A stretch of 64,000 nucleotides of DNA from a virus (lineage: Duplodnaviria > Caudoviricetes), in the IMG/VR virus record IMGVR_UViG_2754412371_000001, positions 1 through 64,000 of that record. One strand, written 5' to 3'. Under the pieces are notes generated by a model. The model did no database searches and was not told the origin of the DNA. It worked only from the letters and a program-made list of their open reading frames with translations. The position numbers and the translations under genes are program-made. Every line of letters starts with the position of its first letter. Position 1 is the stretch's first letter. Shown piece by piece: positions 1-9,107 of this stretch.

Positions 1-1275
1 ATGGCTCCGGGAACTGACGAAGCGCTCGATGGCTTCGTCGGACTTCGGATCGCTGCGACCCTCAAACGAAGGACTTGGATCTACCGATACAAGTCTCCTC
101 TCGACGGCAAGATGAAGCAGATCAAGCTCGGGGAGTGGCCGGCCTTGCCCTTTGCCGCGGCTATCGCAGCATGGGAAGAACAACGTCGAATTCGTAGCTC
201 TGGGCTCGACGTCGCCCTAAACCGGAAGCTGGAACGGCAACGCCTGCTCGAACAACAGCTGGAAGCATCAAGACCGCCATACACCGTTAGGATGGCGTGC
301 AACGACTACTACAAAGAGCACATCCTCAAGGCACGGAAGACTAAGGGCGCCGACCTCGTCGAATATATGTTCGACCAGTATCTAGCACCTATCGAGAACA
401 TCGAGATCAAGAACCTGAAGCGCGCCGAGTGCTTCGACCTACTCCAGTCCCTTGCGCACATCCCAGCGATGGCAAGCAAGTTGCGGTGCGAACTGAACTT
501 GGCATGGGTCCATGCGATGGATGCCGGCCGCATTCCAGAAACAACGCCGAACTGGTGGCAGAACATCCTGCGGGGCAAGCTGCGGACCAAAGGCAAGCGA
601 CAAGGGGGCACTCTCCGGAAAGAAAAGCGCGTCCTTTCCTCGTCGGAGCTCGTCGAGCTCTTCCGGTGGTTCCCACGTTGCTCTTCCCTGCTCCACGACG
701 CCTTGATTCTCTACCTCTGGACGGGAACCCGCGGCGGCGAAATCTGCTCGATGGAGGGCTCAGAGATCTCGGAAGAATCGGACGGTTGGTGGTGGACCAT
801 TCCCAAAGCGAAGACAAAGAATCACAACGTCGACGGCGCCACCGACATGCGAGTTCCGCTAGTGGGCCGCGCCCAGCAGATCATCCAGTCCCGCATGCGG
901 CGCTTCGGGGACGGCTACCTCTTCCCCAACAAGAAAGGCGAGGCAACCAGCCAGTTGATTGTTCAAACCGCCGTCTATCACTGGCAACCCTACAGCAAGA
1001 GCAGAGGATTTCACCCTAGACTGACCGTAACGCACTGGTCACCGCATGATTTGCGGCGCACCGTTCGCACGATCTTGGCGTCGCTCGGCTGCCCTCGGGA
1101 CGTGGGCGAGGTGATGCTGGGACACGTCCTGGGTGGCGTCGAGGGCGCCTACAACCGCCATACCTACGATAAGGAGCGGCGACACTGGATCATCAAGCTC
1201 GACGCGCATCTTGAGCAGTTGGCTGCCGCATCCGCGGAGATCGCTGAGGAAACGGAAATGAAGGCCGCTGCATAA
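1..1275 (+). CDS. int: Tyrosine recombinase/integrase with N-terminal arm-DNA-binding domain
   Basis: RTWIYRY..MKQIKLGEWP arm-binding region; catalytic TGTRGGE (R), HDLRRT (HxxR), LGH, AYNR (Y). True start may lie upstream of the window. Confidence 0.93.
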   Translation: MAPGTDEALDGFVGLRIAATLKRRTWIYRYKSPLDGKMKQIKLGEWPALPFAAAIAAWEEQRRIRSSGLDVALNRKLERQRLLEQQLEASRPPYTVRMACNDYYKEHILKARKTKGADLVEYMFDQYLAPIENIEIKNLKRAECFDLLQSLAHIPAMASKLRCELNLAWVHAMDAGRIPETTPNWWQNILRGKLRTKGKRQGGTLRKEKRVLSSSELVELFRWFPRCSSLLHDALILYLWTGTRGGEICSMEGSEISEESDGWWWTIPKAKTKNHNVDGATDMRVPLVGRAQQIIQSRMRRFGDGYLFPNKKGEATSQLIVQTAVYHWQPYSKSRGFHPRLTVTHWSPHDLRRTVRTILASLGCPRDVGEVMLGHVLGGVEGAYNRHTYDKERRHWIIKLDAHLEQLAAASAEIAEETEMKAAA

Positions 1276-1327
1276 TCTGGATCTTGACCGCCCCTAAACA
1301 TTCCCAGCGACACGCCGTAAACCGGTC

Positions 1328-1567
1328 ATGACAAAATTTTTCGATAAGGAATTGGCCGACGCGATCGGCTATGGGGCGGCCACTCATGTCGCCGCGCTCG
1401 CTTCAGATCTTCAAGCAGACATCGATCGTATGAATGCAATGCGCAAGGCCGAGGGTCGGCCTACGATCGAAGAAGAGGAAGAAGCTGAGAAAGCTTGGTT
1501 TCGCGAGCAGATGGAGGCCGGCGAACGGTTCGATCCCGATGTTGAGGGATGGGCTCGCGGAGAGTAA
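1328..1567 (+). CDS. Small hypothetical protein downstream of integrase
   Basis: 79-aa acidic ORF filling the gap between int and the convergent phage operon. Confidence 0.55.
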   Translation: MTKFFDKELADAIGYGAATHVAALASDLQADIDRMNAMRKAEGRPTIEEEEEAEKAWFREQMEAGERFDPDVEGWARGE

Positions 1568-1587
1568 TCGATCTCCCGCGGCCGTCA

Positions 1588-1941
1588 CTATCGCATCATC
1601 GTCGCAAACCGGACCGGGATGCCGGCCGCCTTTGCTTGTGAAACCATGTCGAGCGTGCCTCGCCCGCCCGGCAGTGCGAACACCATGTCGGGCTTCGCCT
1701 CGCGCAGCATCTTCGTGTTACGCGCGCTCCCTGCTGCATTACCGAGAAGCGTCCAGTCCGCGGGATATACGTCAACCGCGATCCCGCGCGACCTAGCCCA
1801 TTCTCCCGAAAGAGTATCGGCACCGGGCGCGTCCCCATGAACGGCTACCGTAACGCCAACCTCAGCATGCAACTTGTCGAGCCACATGAATGCCAGCAGC
1901 GCGTTCCTGAATTCGCGTCCGCCGCAGATCAGCACTTTCAT
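1588..1941 (-). CDS. SLOG-superfamily (DUF2493/YspA-like) protein
   Basis: MKVLICGGR..VHGDAPGAD..ADW..GNAAG..RN..M..PGGRGT.DM pattern; start reassigned to ATG at 1941. Confidence 0.85.
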   Translation of the reverse strand: MKVLICGGREFRNALLAFMWLDKLHAEVGVTVAVHGDAPGADTLSGEWARSRGIAVDVYPADWTLLGNAAGSARNTKMLREAKPDMVFALPGGRGTLDMVSQAKAAGIPVRFATMMR

Positions 1942-2012
1942 ATGACGCCAGCCAGCATCAGCAGAACGACTACTCCGCCGATCAACGAAACAGTGGTGCT
2001 GGCCGCTTTCAC
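1938..2012 (-). CDS. 24-aa hydrophobic micro-peptide (MKAASTTVSLIGGVVVLLMLAGVI)
   Basis: Fills the gap exactly with 4-nt GTGA/ATGA overlaps on both sides; below the ORF-track cutoff. Confidence 0.45.
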   Translation of the reverse strand: MKAASTTVSLIGGVVVLLMLAGVI

Positions 2013-2173
2013 GCCGACTCCTGTCCGACTTTCTCAAGCAGCTTTCGGTTATCCGCCTCACACTGGTCGTAGATCTTCCGCGCAAGCTCGAAGTCCTTGC
2101 CCTCAAGTGCCGCATGCAGTTGGCTACCGGGCGCGGCGCACGTGTCCTTGAACCTGATCGCGTTACGATGCAT
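2009..2173 (-). CDS. Hypothetical protein
   Basis: Coupled ORF in operon (MHRNAIRF...). Confidence 0.55.
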   Translation of the reverse strand: MHRNAIRFKDTCAAPGSQLHAALEGKDFELARKIYDQCEADNRKLLEKVGQESA

Positions 2174-3557
2174 TCGACACCTCCGCACGCAAGGCATTTA
2201 TCGCCGCATCCGCGATCTCCCCAACTCGCTCCGGGTCGTCGGCCACGTGGTGGAAGTCGTTCGGCCCCATCGTTCCCACGCCCCACGCCGACCAAACGCG
2301 CGTGCAATCGTATGCGTCCCCGAGCGCTTCAGCGACTGCTTCGCACACAAGTTCGCGCCGCTCGTCCGTCAGGTTCGCCACCGTCGCATCGGCGGCGCGG
2401 ACAGGCGTAGTGTTCTCGATTGCCTCAAGCGCTTCTTCCCATGGGCAATTCAGGTTCGAATGTTCGCCGATGTCGATCTGCAGGTGGGTGGCGATAGCTC
2501 GGGCCAGCTTGTCCGCCATGTCGTGATACTGGTCGCGCTCCCGGAGCGTCTGGTCCCAAAGCTCGTCATCGGTCGGGCGCGCCTCTGCCGGTGCGTCGGC
2601 CGGCACGATGATCGCGCCGCAACTCTCCAGAGCACCCGCGACGGCTTCCCGAATGCCGGGCGCATCGTTCGCGAGACGGGCTACCTCGTCCGTGAATTCC
2701 TCGGTCAGTCCGTCGTAGGCGATCGGAGTCGCATCGGCCGATGCGTCGGCCTGCGCGGGTTGCGCAGCACGATAAAGCGGGTAAGCATCCTTTCGCCCCT
2801 TCGCCTCGTCGGGTGACACAAGCTTCGAACCATTTGGCGTAAGGATCGCCCAGCAGTCCGGTTCGCTTGCCACCGCCTCCGCAGCGGGCGATGCTGCCGC
2901 GCGGGCTTGCCAGCCTTCCCATGCCATCTGAGTGCCTTCGTGCTGGTATTGCGGCTCAATTACCGCGGTCCCATCACACCACGTTTCGGGACGAAATCCG
3001 TAGTTGAACGTCTCGTTGCCCCACGCCTCAAACGCCGCCCGCTCGTCGGCCGGCGCTGCTGCCGCCATAGCGGGGGAGCGGGACTCGATGAAGCCGAGCG
3101 CGCGGCTGCGCCCATACGTGGGATCGCAAGGTTCTTCTGCGAAGTAATGCCCGAGTTCTGGCTCGTTGGGCCAGTCGATGAACCATGCGACCGGCTTCGC
3201 CCCTTCCGCACCTGTCTCATTGGCAGGGATCGGCGCTGCTGCGGGCTGCGAAGCGGGGGATTCGGCGAGGATGGCGCGAAGCCGTTCAGCGTAGTCGATC
3301 CATGCCGAGAGATAGTCGGCGTCTGCGCACGCGCCGCAAATCCACGCACCGTCGTGCGGATGCAGATTGGCTCGCTTGTCGCAATGCTCGCATGTGCCGA
3401 ACCGCACGGCGTCGGCGTCGTATTCGGGTCGCATGGGTGCGGCCGGAAGCGCAGCGGTTCGGTCGTCGTCCGAGTCTTGATAGACGCGCTCCTGCGCCTC
3501 CCGCATTACCACTTCTTTCGTCAGCGCGCCGGCGCTGCTCGCATTGGTCTTGCTCAT
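2163..3557 (-). CDS. Mosaic phage hypothetical protein with Ala/Pro linkers and a CxxC..CxxC module
   Basis: 464-aa ORF with coupled overlaps; low-complexity linkers separate short modules. Confidence 0.75.
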   Translation of the reverse strand: MSKTNASSAGALTKEVVMREAQERVYQDSDDDRTAALPAAPMRPEYDADAVRFGTCEHCDKRANLHPHDGAWICGACADADYLSAWIDYAERLRAILAESPASQPAAAPIPANETGAEGAKPVAWFIDWPNEPELGHYFAEEPCDPTYGRSRALGFIESRSPAMAAAAPADERAAFEAWGNETFNYGFRPETWCDGTAVIEPQYQHEGTQMAWEGWQARAAASPAAEAVASEPDCWAILTPNGSKLVSPDEAKGRKDAYPLYRAAQPAQADASADATPIAYDGLTEEFTDEVARLANDAPGIREAVAGALESCGAIIVPADAPAEARPTDDELWDQTLRERDQYHDMADKLARAIATHLQIDIGEHSNLNCPWEEALEAIENTTPVRAADATVANLTDERRELVCEAVAEALGDAYDCTRVWSAWGVGTMGPNDFHHVADDPERVGEIADAAINALRAEVSNAS

Positions 3558-4273
3558 GGGGTGCCCCCGTTGTTCGTCTGGTTCAATTCTCGCGACTTAG
3601 CTTCGGAACGACGCACGGCTTCTTTGCCCCGCTCCCACTGCATGCCCATCGCTTTGCAGATCGCGTCGAACGCATTGCCCATTGCGACGCCGCCATGCTG
3701 TTGGTTGTCGAGCGCGTAGTGGTAGTCCGCAATCGCCTGTCTGATCGCGCGCAGTGTAGGAACGTGCTCATCGAAGCAAGCGCTCTTGTGGACTAAGTCG
3801 TTTCGCACCCGGCCAATGTCGGCACGCCATACGAGCGCCATCTGGTCGGGAACCGGCAGCGGTTGCTGTCGAACATACGCGGCGGTCAACCGCTCGAACG
3901 ACTGCGCCAGGCTGCGCTGGCCGTCCGCCATCGGATCTTCGCCATCGGGGCATTTCAGTTGCCCGGAGAACGCCTCGAGCAGCATCCGCTGCACTTCGAC
4001 CTTGCGGTGGAGCTCGCCGATCTGCTGGTATGCCTGCACGCGCTCGAGCGGCATGTCCGGGCGGTCGACCAGCACACGTGCGCGCTGCACCTGTGCGTCA
4101 TGGTTCGCCTTCCAGTGGTCGCGTTCCTTGCAGGTCGCCTCGATCGCCTCGCGCATCAGGTTGTATGCCTCACCGCGGGCAGCGATCGGAGCACCTTCGC
4201 CGGCGCGTGAGTGAACCTGCCGATCAAGACTCACATACGCGTGGACGCGTGCCATGATGTCTTCAGCTTTCAC
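3554..4273 (-). CDS. Phage hypothetical protein
   Basis: 239 aa, 4-nt overlaps with both neighbours. Confidence 0.7.
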   Translation of the reverse strand: MKAEDIMARVHAYVSLDRQVHSRAGEGAPIAARGEAYNLMREAIEATCKERDHWKANHDAQVQRARVLVDRPDMPLERVQAYQQIGELHRKVEVQRMLLEAFSGQLKCPDGEDPMADGQRSLAQSFERLTAAYVRQQPLPVPDQMALVWRADIGRVRNDLVHKSACFDEHVPTLRAIRQAIADYHYALDNQQHGGVAMGNAFDAICKAMGMQWERGKEAVRRSEAKSRELNQTNNGGTP

Positions 4274-4704
4274 GACTTGCCCTCCCCGTCGAGGATTGCT
4301 TGTGCACGCTGATACGCGACGTCGCCTTCCCAGCCCTTGCAGCGGTAGATCGACATGAACATTTCGAGCGTGACCCGCACGTCCGCACTCAGTGTCGGTG
4401 CTCCGCCTGCGGCTACCAGACCGAGCCGCTGCGAATAGTCGAGATAGTTGGCAACCTTCGAGCGCTTCCGGTCCATCGCCTCTTCGTCGGGAACGAAATG
4501 GAATTCACCGCCCGATACACTTCGAAGCCGGTTCACCATCGCCAGCAGATCGTTGAGCTCCGCATACATGCGCTGCGCGTTCGACTCTTCGCGACCAGGC
4601 TGGACCTCGCTAAGCCCGAACTGCTGCGCCTTCAGGGCGATCTTCGCGACCTCGCTTGCCTCCTCAGCGATCTTCGTGAGGCAGTGTTGAACTACGGACA
4701 TCAT
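4270..4704 (-). CDS. MazG-like (all-alpha NTP pyrophosphohydrolase fold) protein
   Basis: IAEEASEV...AELNDL acidic helix motifs. Confidence 0.6.
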   Translation of the reverse strand: MMSVVQHCLTKIAEEASEVAKIALKAQQFGLSEVQPGREESNAQRMYAELNDLLAMVNRLRSVSGGEFHFVPDEEAMDRKRSKVANYLDYSQRLGLVAAGGAPTLSADVRVTLEMFMSIYRCKGWEGDVAYQRAQAILDGEGKS

Positions 4705-4895
4705 GATGCGTTTTCCTTGTGGTTGACTTCGCTCTGGCTCGCGGAAAGGAGCGTCCGCGCCTGATCCTTCGCGAGCTCGAACACACGCTCGACCAATTTC
4801 GGATCGAATCCGGTGGACTTCTTGATGTAATAGATCAGCAACGACGGATCGCAGCGGACGACCAGTTCCAGTTGTTCACGGTGTTCGGGTGTCAT
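4701..4895 (-). CDS. Hypothetical protein
   Basis: Coupled 64-aa ORF. Confidence 0.55.
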   Translation of the reverse strand: MTPEHREQLELVVRCDPSLLIYYIKKSTGFDPKLVERVFELAKDQARTLLSASQSEVNHKENAS

Positions 4896-5200
4896 CGCTT
4901 GATCCCCGCAGCCGCGAGTGCTTCCCGCGCAATGGTCATGGCGTCGTAAATGCTGGCGCTGCCTTCTTCGAAGGCATCACCGATACGCTGCAGCGCGCCG
5001 ATCAGCTTCGGCAGCGCGACGATACGCTTGGCGAGCTCGATGCCGGGCGCATAATCTTCTTTCTCATCCTTCATTCGAACGACGACCTCCGCGATCGCGC
5101 CGTGATTTCCAGCATCGATCTCCTGATAGTCCTCGACCCGATCACCGAGCTGGAGTCTGTCCAGCATCTTCAATTCCGGCTGTCTACGGTGGTCGCTCAT
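4892..5200 (-). CDS. Hypothetical protein
   Basis: Coupled ORF; start moved to ATG 5200 (MSDHRRQ). Confidence 0.6.
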   Translation of the reverse strand: MSDHRRQPELKMLDRLQLGDRVEDYQEIDAGNHGAIAEVVVRMKDEKEDYAPGIELAKRIVALPKLIGALQRIGDAFEEGSASIYDAMTIAREALAAAGIKR

Positions 5201-5613
5201 CACTTTTCCTTCGGCTCGTAAACGACCGTCTCGCCCAGCTTCAGAGCGACATACGCGCGGCAGGCCGCCTCGAGCGGCGTAGCGCCGAACCACGCCTTCG
5301 AGCCTGCGAACGAACCAGTGTCGATGAACGCAAACCAGAGCTTCTTCGGATCGTCGACACCCATCGGGCCGGGCGCGTTCAGATTGATCCGCTCGCCCTG
5401 GATCAGCGGGTGACCATCGGTCGGGTTGGAGGACGGCTGAAATGCGCGGAAGTAAGAGATCGGACCTTCGGCGTCTTGGCCCTCCTCACGAATCAACGTG
5501 CGACCGGGCCGCATTTCGCCCAGCGGCTTCTCATGCGTGATGCCGGCCGCGACAGCGACGAAGTAGTCGAGCTCGGCGCCCGTCAGTTCTTCAGTTTGGA
5601 ATTCTCGTTTCAT
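5200..5613 (-). CDS. NinX/DUF2591-like phage protein
   Basis: LTGAELDYFVA...FQPSSN..GHPLI...GATPLEAACRAYV pattern. Confidence 0.7.
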   Translation of the reverse strand: MKREFQTEELTGAELDYFVAVAAGITHEKPLGEMRPGRTLIREEGQDAEGPISYFRAFQPSSNPTDGHPLIQGERINLNAPGPMGVDDPKKLWFAFIDTGSFAGSKAWFGATPLEAACRAYVALKLGETVVYEPKEK

Positions 5614-5655
5614 GGTCGTCAGTGTGGTTGTAGGCCGGCGAACCGGCCCGTTGCT

Positions 5656-5850
5656 TCAGATGGCAGTCAGCTCGTTTGCGGAGAACACGCCTGCGCGCTG
5701 GACGCCGCACTTGGGACACGTCGCGGTGATAACGAGCGAGTGCCCGGCAGGCACTTCACCCGGTTCGTCGGTCGCCGGCGGGATGATCGCGCTGCACGAA
5801 ACCGCGCCCTCGTCCATTTCTTCACCGCAGTCACATGTGAAAGCAGCCAT
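5656..5850 (-). CDS. Small putative zinc-ribbon protein
   Basis: CDC...CPKC; SD-like GAAG upstream. Confidence 0.55.
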   Translation of the reverse strand: MAAFTCDCGEEMDEGAVSCSAIIPPATDEPGEVPAGHSLVITATCPKCGVQRAGVFSANELTAI

Positions 5851-5888
5851 GCGTCACTTCCCTTCTAAGGTTTCAGTCTAAGAACCCG

Positions 5889-6167
5889 TCACTGGACAGA
5901 CTGCAGACGACGCAGCACTTCCTCGACGGACACGTCCTCGGTGGTCACGCCACCCAGCAGCCCAAGAATGGGCAGCTTGAGGATCAGAAGCAGCGTCACC
6001 CACGTCCGGCCGCAGAACGTGCTCGGCCGATCGCAGATGGGTAACAGCCACATGAAGAGCAGCAGCTCAGGCAGCGACAGGAATGCCCACACCGTCCCCA
6101 GCCACAGACTGTTCAGGTAGTTGCTGTTCTTCCCAAGGCGGTATTGGTAAAACGCGGGAGTCCACAT
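5889..6167 (-). CDS. Small membrane protein
   Basis: Two hydrophobic segments; overlaps RNase H 3' end. Confidence 0.5.
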   Translation of the reverse strand: MWTPAFYQYRLGKNSNYLNSLWLGTVWAFLSLPELLLFMWLLPICDRPSTFCGRTWVTLLLILKLPILGLLGGVTTEDVSVEEVLRRLQSVQ

Positions 6168-6771
6168 CGTTCGTATTTCCTGTTTCTTCGAACGCAAATT
6201 TGCGCAGGTTCGTCTTGTTCCGGAGGTTGGCGGCGGCCCGCTTTCGCTGCTTCGCCACGCCTTGCTCCGGCGTCTCTTTCGTGGGCTGCGGCGTCTCGAT
6301 CACCACAAGGGGCGCACCGCTTTTCACACGGGCGCGTGCCTGACGCATACCGGTCTTCGCCAGCCCGTCGCAGTGGTTGTTCACCCACAACCGGGGAACG
6401 TCGCCCCGCGTGTGGCCCTTGACGTGCTTGAACCGGATGTCAGCCCGATTCGCGTCGATCAGTCGGTTCAACCCTTCGACGATCATTCTTTCGTCGACGC
6501 TCAGGAGACGCTTGCCCTCGAATGCGAGAATTGCCGCCTGACAATCCGTCTGCGCGAGCAGCGAATCGCCGGGCATCGCGATCTGGTGCGCGAACGCCAT
6601 GTGCACGCCGTTCACGACCGCCATCATTTCTGCGACGTTGTTGTTCCGCGCGAGCGACTTGAGCGCACCGCCTGCCGAATGTCGCCCGCGTTGCGAGACG
6701 GACCAGTAGCCGTAGCCGCCGGCGCCCGTCTCTGGATCCCATGACGCGTCGGCGATGATCGTCACGAGCAT
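6067..6771 (-). CDS. Ribonuclease HI-like protein
   Basis: IIADAS..G.GGYG..NNNVAEMMA..QTDCQ..FKHVKGH..N..CDGLAK: all RNase H acidic residues present; start at ATG 6771. Confidence 0.85.
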   Translation of the reverse strand: MLVTIIADASWDPETGAGGYGYWSVSQRGRHSAGGALKSLARNNNVAEMMAVVNGVHMAFAHQIAMPGDSLLAQTDCQAAILAFEGKRLLSVDERMIVEGLNRLIDANRADIRFKHVKGHTRGDVPRLWVNNHCDGLAKTGMRQARARVKSGAPLVVIETPQPTKETPEQGVAKQRKRAAANLRNKTNLRKFAFEETGNTNDVDSRVLPIPPWEEQQLPEQSVAGDGVGIPVAA

Positions 6772-6941
6772 TGGCTGTCCTTGTCCTCGCGAGGATCGGG
6801 GCCACCCTCGATCTCTTCGCTGTCGTGCGGCGTCATCGTTGTTCCGCATTTCGGGCAGTCGTCCTCGCACGCGCAGTCCCACTCGTCGTGCCATTCGGTC
6901 CCGCAATCAACGCAGCGGTAATGGTTCTTGAGCCAAGTCAT
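6762..6941 (-). CDS. 59-aa zinc-ribbon protein (MTWLKNHYRCVDCG...CEDDCPKCG)
   Basis: Translated by hand; CxxC/CxxC; start overlaps upstream stop (TAATG). Confidence 0.7.
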   Translation of the reverse strand: MTWLKNHYRCVDCGTEWHDEWDCACEDDCPKCGTTMTPHDSEEIEGGPDPREDKDSQCS

Positions 6942-7261
6942 TACGCCTCCGCTTGCTCAAGCACTGCATCGGCACGCGCGCAGATGGCGCGAAACTCAGC
7001 CTCGGTCGAGTTCCCAAACTCTTCCGAATAGACGGCCTCGCCGCGCAGCGCTTTCAAGGCCGCTACGAGCTCGTCGTGGAGGTTCCAGCACTTCACGAGA
7101 CGGGCGGCGTTCGCGTAGATCTCCTCGTGACTCATGTCCTGGCCGGCGGTCGCCAGGAACAGTTGCGACCGTCCGCTACCGTTCGTGTAGTGATGGACCG
7201 GGCCGCCCCTGACAACGCCGAACCTGCCAAGCTCGAGTTGTCCCTCAGTGTGTTTGGTCAT
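6941..7261 (-). CDS. Phage hypothetical protein
   Basis: MTKHT...ANAARLV..WN.HDELVAALK pattern common in phage early genes. Confidence 0.7.
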   Translation of the reverse strand: MTKHTEGQLELGRFGVVRGGPVHHYTNGSGRSQLFLATAGQDMSHEEIYANAARLVKCWNLHDELVAALKALRGEAVYSEEFGNSTEAEFRAICARADAVLEQAEA

Positions 7262-7271
7262 TGCTTACTTA
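7254..7271. promoter_or_regulatory. Dispersed motif copy TTGGTC-ATTGCT-TACTTA
   Basis: Overlaps the ATG of 6941-7261. Confidence 0.6.
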
Positions 7272-7288
7272 CCCCAACAAACGCAAAT

Positions 7289-7849
7289 TTAAGCTGCCGT
7301 CTGGATGTCGCGCGGGCCGAAGAAGTTGCCCATCTTTCGCGCCGCGAAATACGCTTCCATCATTCGCTCGACGTCATACAGCGCCGCGTGAGCCTGCGAC
7401 GGGTCGTAGTTGACACCGCAGGCGAAGCAGAGCTCGCCGAGGTTGGGCAGCTTCCCGAACGGCGTCGCCCACCGCGCCTCCAGCATCGTGTCGATCCCGG
7501 TGATCTCCGGGACGGCGACGCCGACGCGCTGCAGTTCATGCGTGACGAAGGGAAAGTCGAATCCGAAGCCGTTGTGTGCCACGACGTAGTTGGTGCGCGA
7601 CAGGATCGCCGAAACGTTCGGCGCGACCTGTTCCCACGTCGGCTCGGCGGTGAGCATGTCGAAGGTGATCTTGTGGACGGCCTGCGCCTTCTCGTCGATC
7701 GGGCGTTGCGGATTGACCCGCTGCACGTATTGGCCCAGGCGCGTGCCTACGTCGAGGTCGTAGAGGACTGCAGCGACTTCGATGATCCGATGCCCGTCGT
7801 TCCAGTCGAGCCCCGTCGTTTCCAGGTCGAACCCGGCGATGATTCGCAT
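7289..7849 (-). CDS. DEDDh 3'-5' exonuclease (DNA Pol III epsilon-like)
   Basis: DLETTG (ExoI), VAHNGFGFD (ExoII), HAALYD (ExoIII). Confidence 0.92.
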   Translation of the reverse strand: MRIIAGFDLETTGLDWNDGHRIIEVAAVLYDLDVGTRLGQYVQRVNPQRPIDEKAQAVHKITFDMLTAEPTWEQVAPNVSAILSRTNYVVAHNGFGFDFPFVTHELQRVGVAVPEITGIDTMLEARWATPFGKLPNLGELCFACGVNYDPSQAHAALYDVERMMEAYFAARKMGNFFGPRDIQTAA

Positions 7850-7864
7850 TACGCGCTCCCTATA

Positions 7865-7882
7865 TAGTTCACTATTTACTTA
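7865..7882. promoter_or_regulatory. Motif copy TAGTTC-ACTATT-TACTTA
   Basis: Upstream of DEDDh exonuclease. Confidence 0.6.
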
Positions 7883-7923
7883 TTACAGTGCACGTGACTT
7901 GGATCCCGTGCGCTATCGATCTG

Positions 7924-8208
7924 CTATGCGCCCTTCACGCACATGATCGCTTTCAGCGTGTGGACGACTTCGACCAGATCTGGCTGGTTACCCATGACGA
8001 CGTCCAGGTTCTTGTAGGCGCCCGGAATCTCGTCCAGCACATCTGCGTCCTTCCTGCACTCCACGCCCTCAGTCTGAGCCGCAAGGTCGTCCAGATTGAA
8101 CATCCGTTTCGCTTTGGCGCGGCTCATTACGCGGCCGGCACCGTGCGAGCACGAGCAGTAGGACTGCGGGTTACCCTTCCCGCGCACGATGTAGCTGCGC
8201 TGGCCCAT
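7924..8208 (-). pseudogene. rtcB: C-terminal remnant of RtcB RNA ligase
   Basis: SMG..SYIVRGKGN..S.CSCSHGAGR.MSR..DEIPGAYK..V.HTLK..CVKG matches the RtcB C-terminus; N-terminal catalytic part absent. Confidence 0.85.
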
Positions 8209-8656
8209 CGAACTCGATGGTGTTGACGTCGTCCAGCTTCGCCCAGAAGCGCACGCTCTTTTTCACCTGTCGACCGTTGATCGTGACCGGAACCTTCGAC
8301 GCCTTCAGCCAGAACGTCACGCTGTCGTAATCAGCGGCGCCCCTACGAATGAAGATGCGATCGACCGTAAGGAGTGCGCCTGCCGGGATCGTCAGAGGGT
8401 GCTGGAGCTCGCCATTGAAGTAGCGCTCCTTCACCGTGCTCAGCGCCCCGTCAGCTTCGCGCCACTGCGACTTCTCGAGCGCGGCGAATCGTTCCGCCGG
8501 CTTCGCGCCCCAGAAGTCCTGAATGCCGCTGAATGGGTTTGCCAGCCCGATCGCCGATTGCAGGCCGGAGTTGCGGTGCTCATGAAACAGACGGAACGAC
8601 CAGTCGCTCGAGAGGACAAGGTCTGCGCCCAGACGCGGAATGTGAAGTTGCGGCAT
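8171..8656 (-). CDS. Phage hypothetical protein (3' end runs out of frame into rtcB remnant)
   Basis: 161-aa ORF; VDRIFIRRGAADYDSVTF..VRFWAKLDDVN. Confidence 0.7.
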   Translation of the reverse strand: MPQLHIPRLGADLVLSSDWSFRLFHEHRNSGLQSAIGLANPFSGIQDFWGAKPAERFAALEKSQWREADGALSTVKERYFNGELQHPLTIPAGALLTVDRIFIRRGAADYDSVTFWLKASKVPVTINGRQVKKSVRFWAKLDDVNTIEFDGPAQLHRAREG

Positions 8657-8657
8657 T

Positions 8658-9107
8658 TCAGTGTCTCCTCGCGTCGAGGTGTAGTCCCTCTGCGGCCTTG
8701 GGGTCGAACGGCTCGTTGTATTCCTGGAACAGACGGAGCACGCGGCGCTTCCAAAGCTGTTTTTCGCTCAGATCGTCAATACGGCCACCGAGCTCGCGAT
8801 CCTTGTATCCGAAGCCTTTCGCTTCGAAGATGTTTTGGGAATCGAAGTTGAGCCCGAAGAACTCGCGTAATGCGGAGAAGCCACTAGTCGATTCAGTCTC
8901 AGGCGTGCCGTCAAACGAGCTGCGGGCGCGCAGACCACGCTCGTTCATGGAGGGGTGCATAGCGAGCCACCCGGCAGCGCATGCAATCGTCCCGCATGCG
9001 GCCTCGAGCCCCCTCAGACGCCAGGTCCAGAGGTCAATCGCGTTGTCGGGAATCCCGTCGATGACCGCGAACGCGTCGCGGAGCAATTCGAAGTTAGGCC
9101 GCTGCAT
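8658..9107 (-). CDS. Hypothetical protein, CGTIACAAGW paralog 2
   Basis: Shares PNFELL.DA..IDGIP and CGTIACAAGWL..HP with neighbour. Confidence 0.75.
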   Translation of the reverse strand: MQRPNFELLRDAFAVIDGIPDNAIDLWTWRLRGLEAACGTIACAAGWLAMHPSMNERGLRARSSFDGTPETESTSGFSALREFFGLNFDSQNIFEAKGFGYKDRELGGRIDDLSEKQLWKRRVLRLFQEYNEPFDPKAAEGLHLDARRH

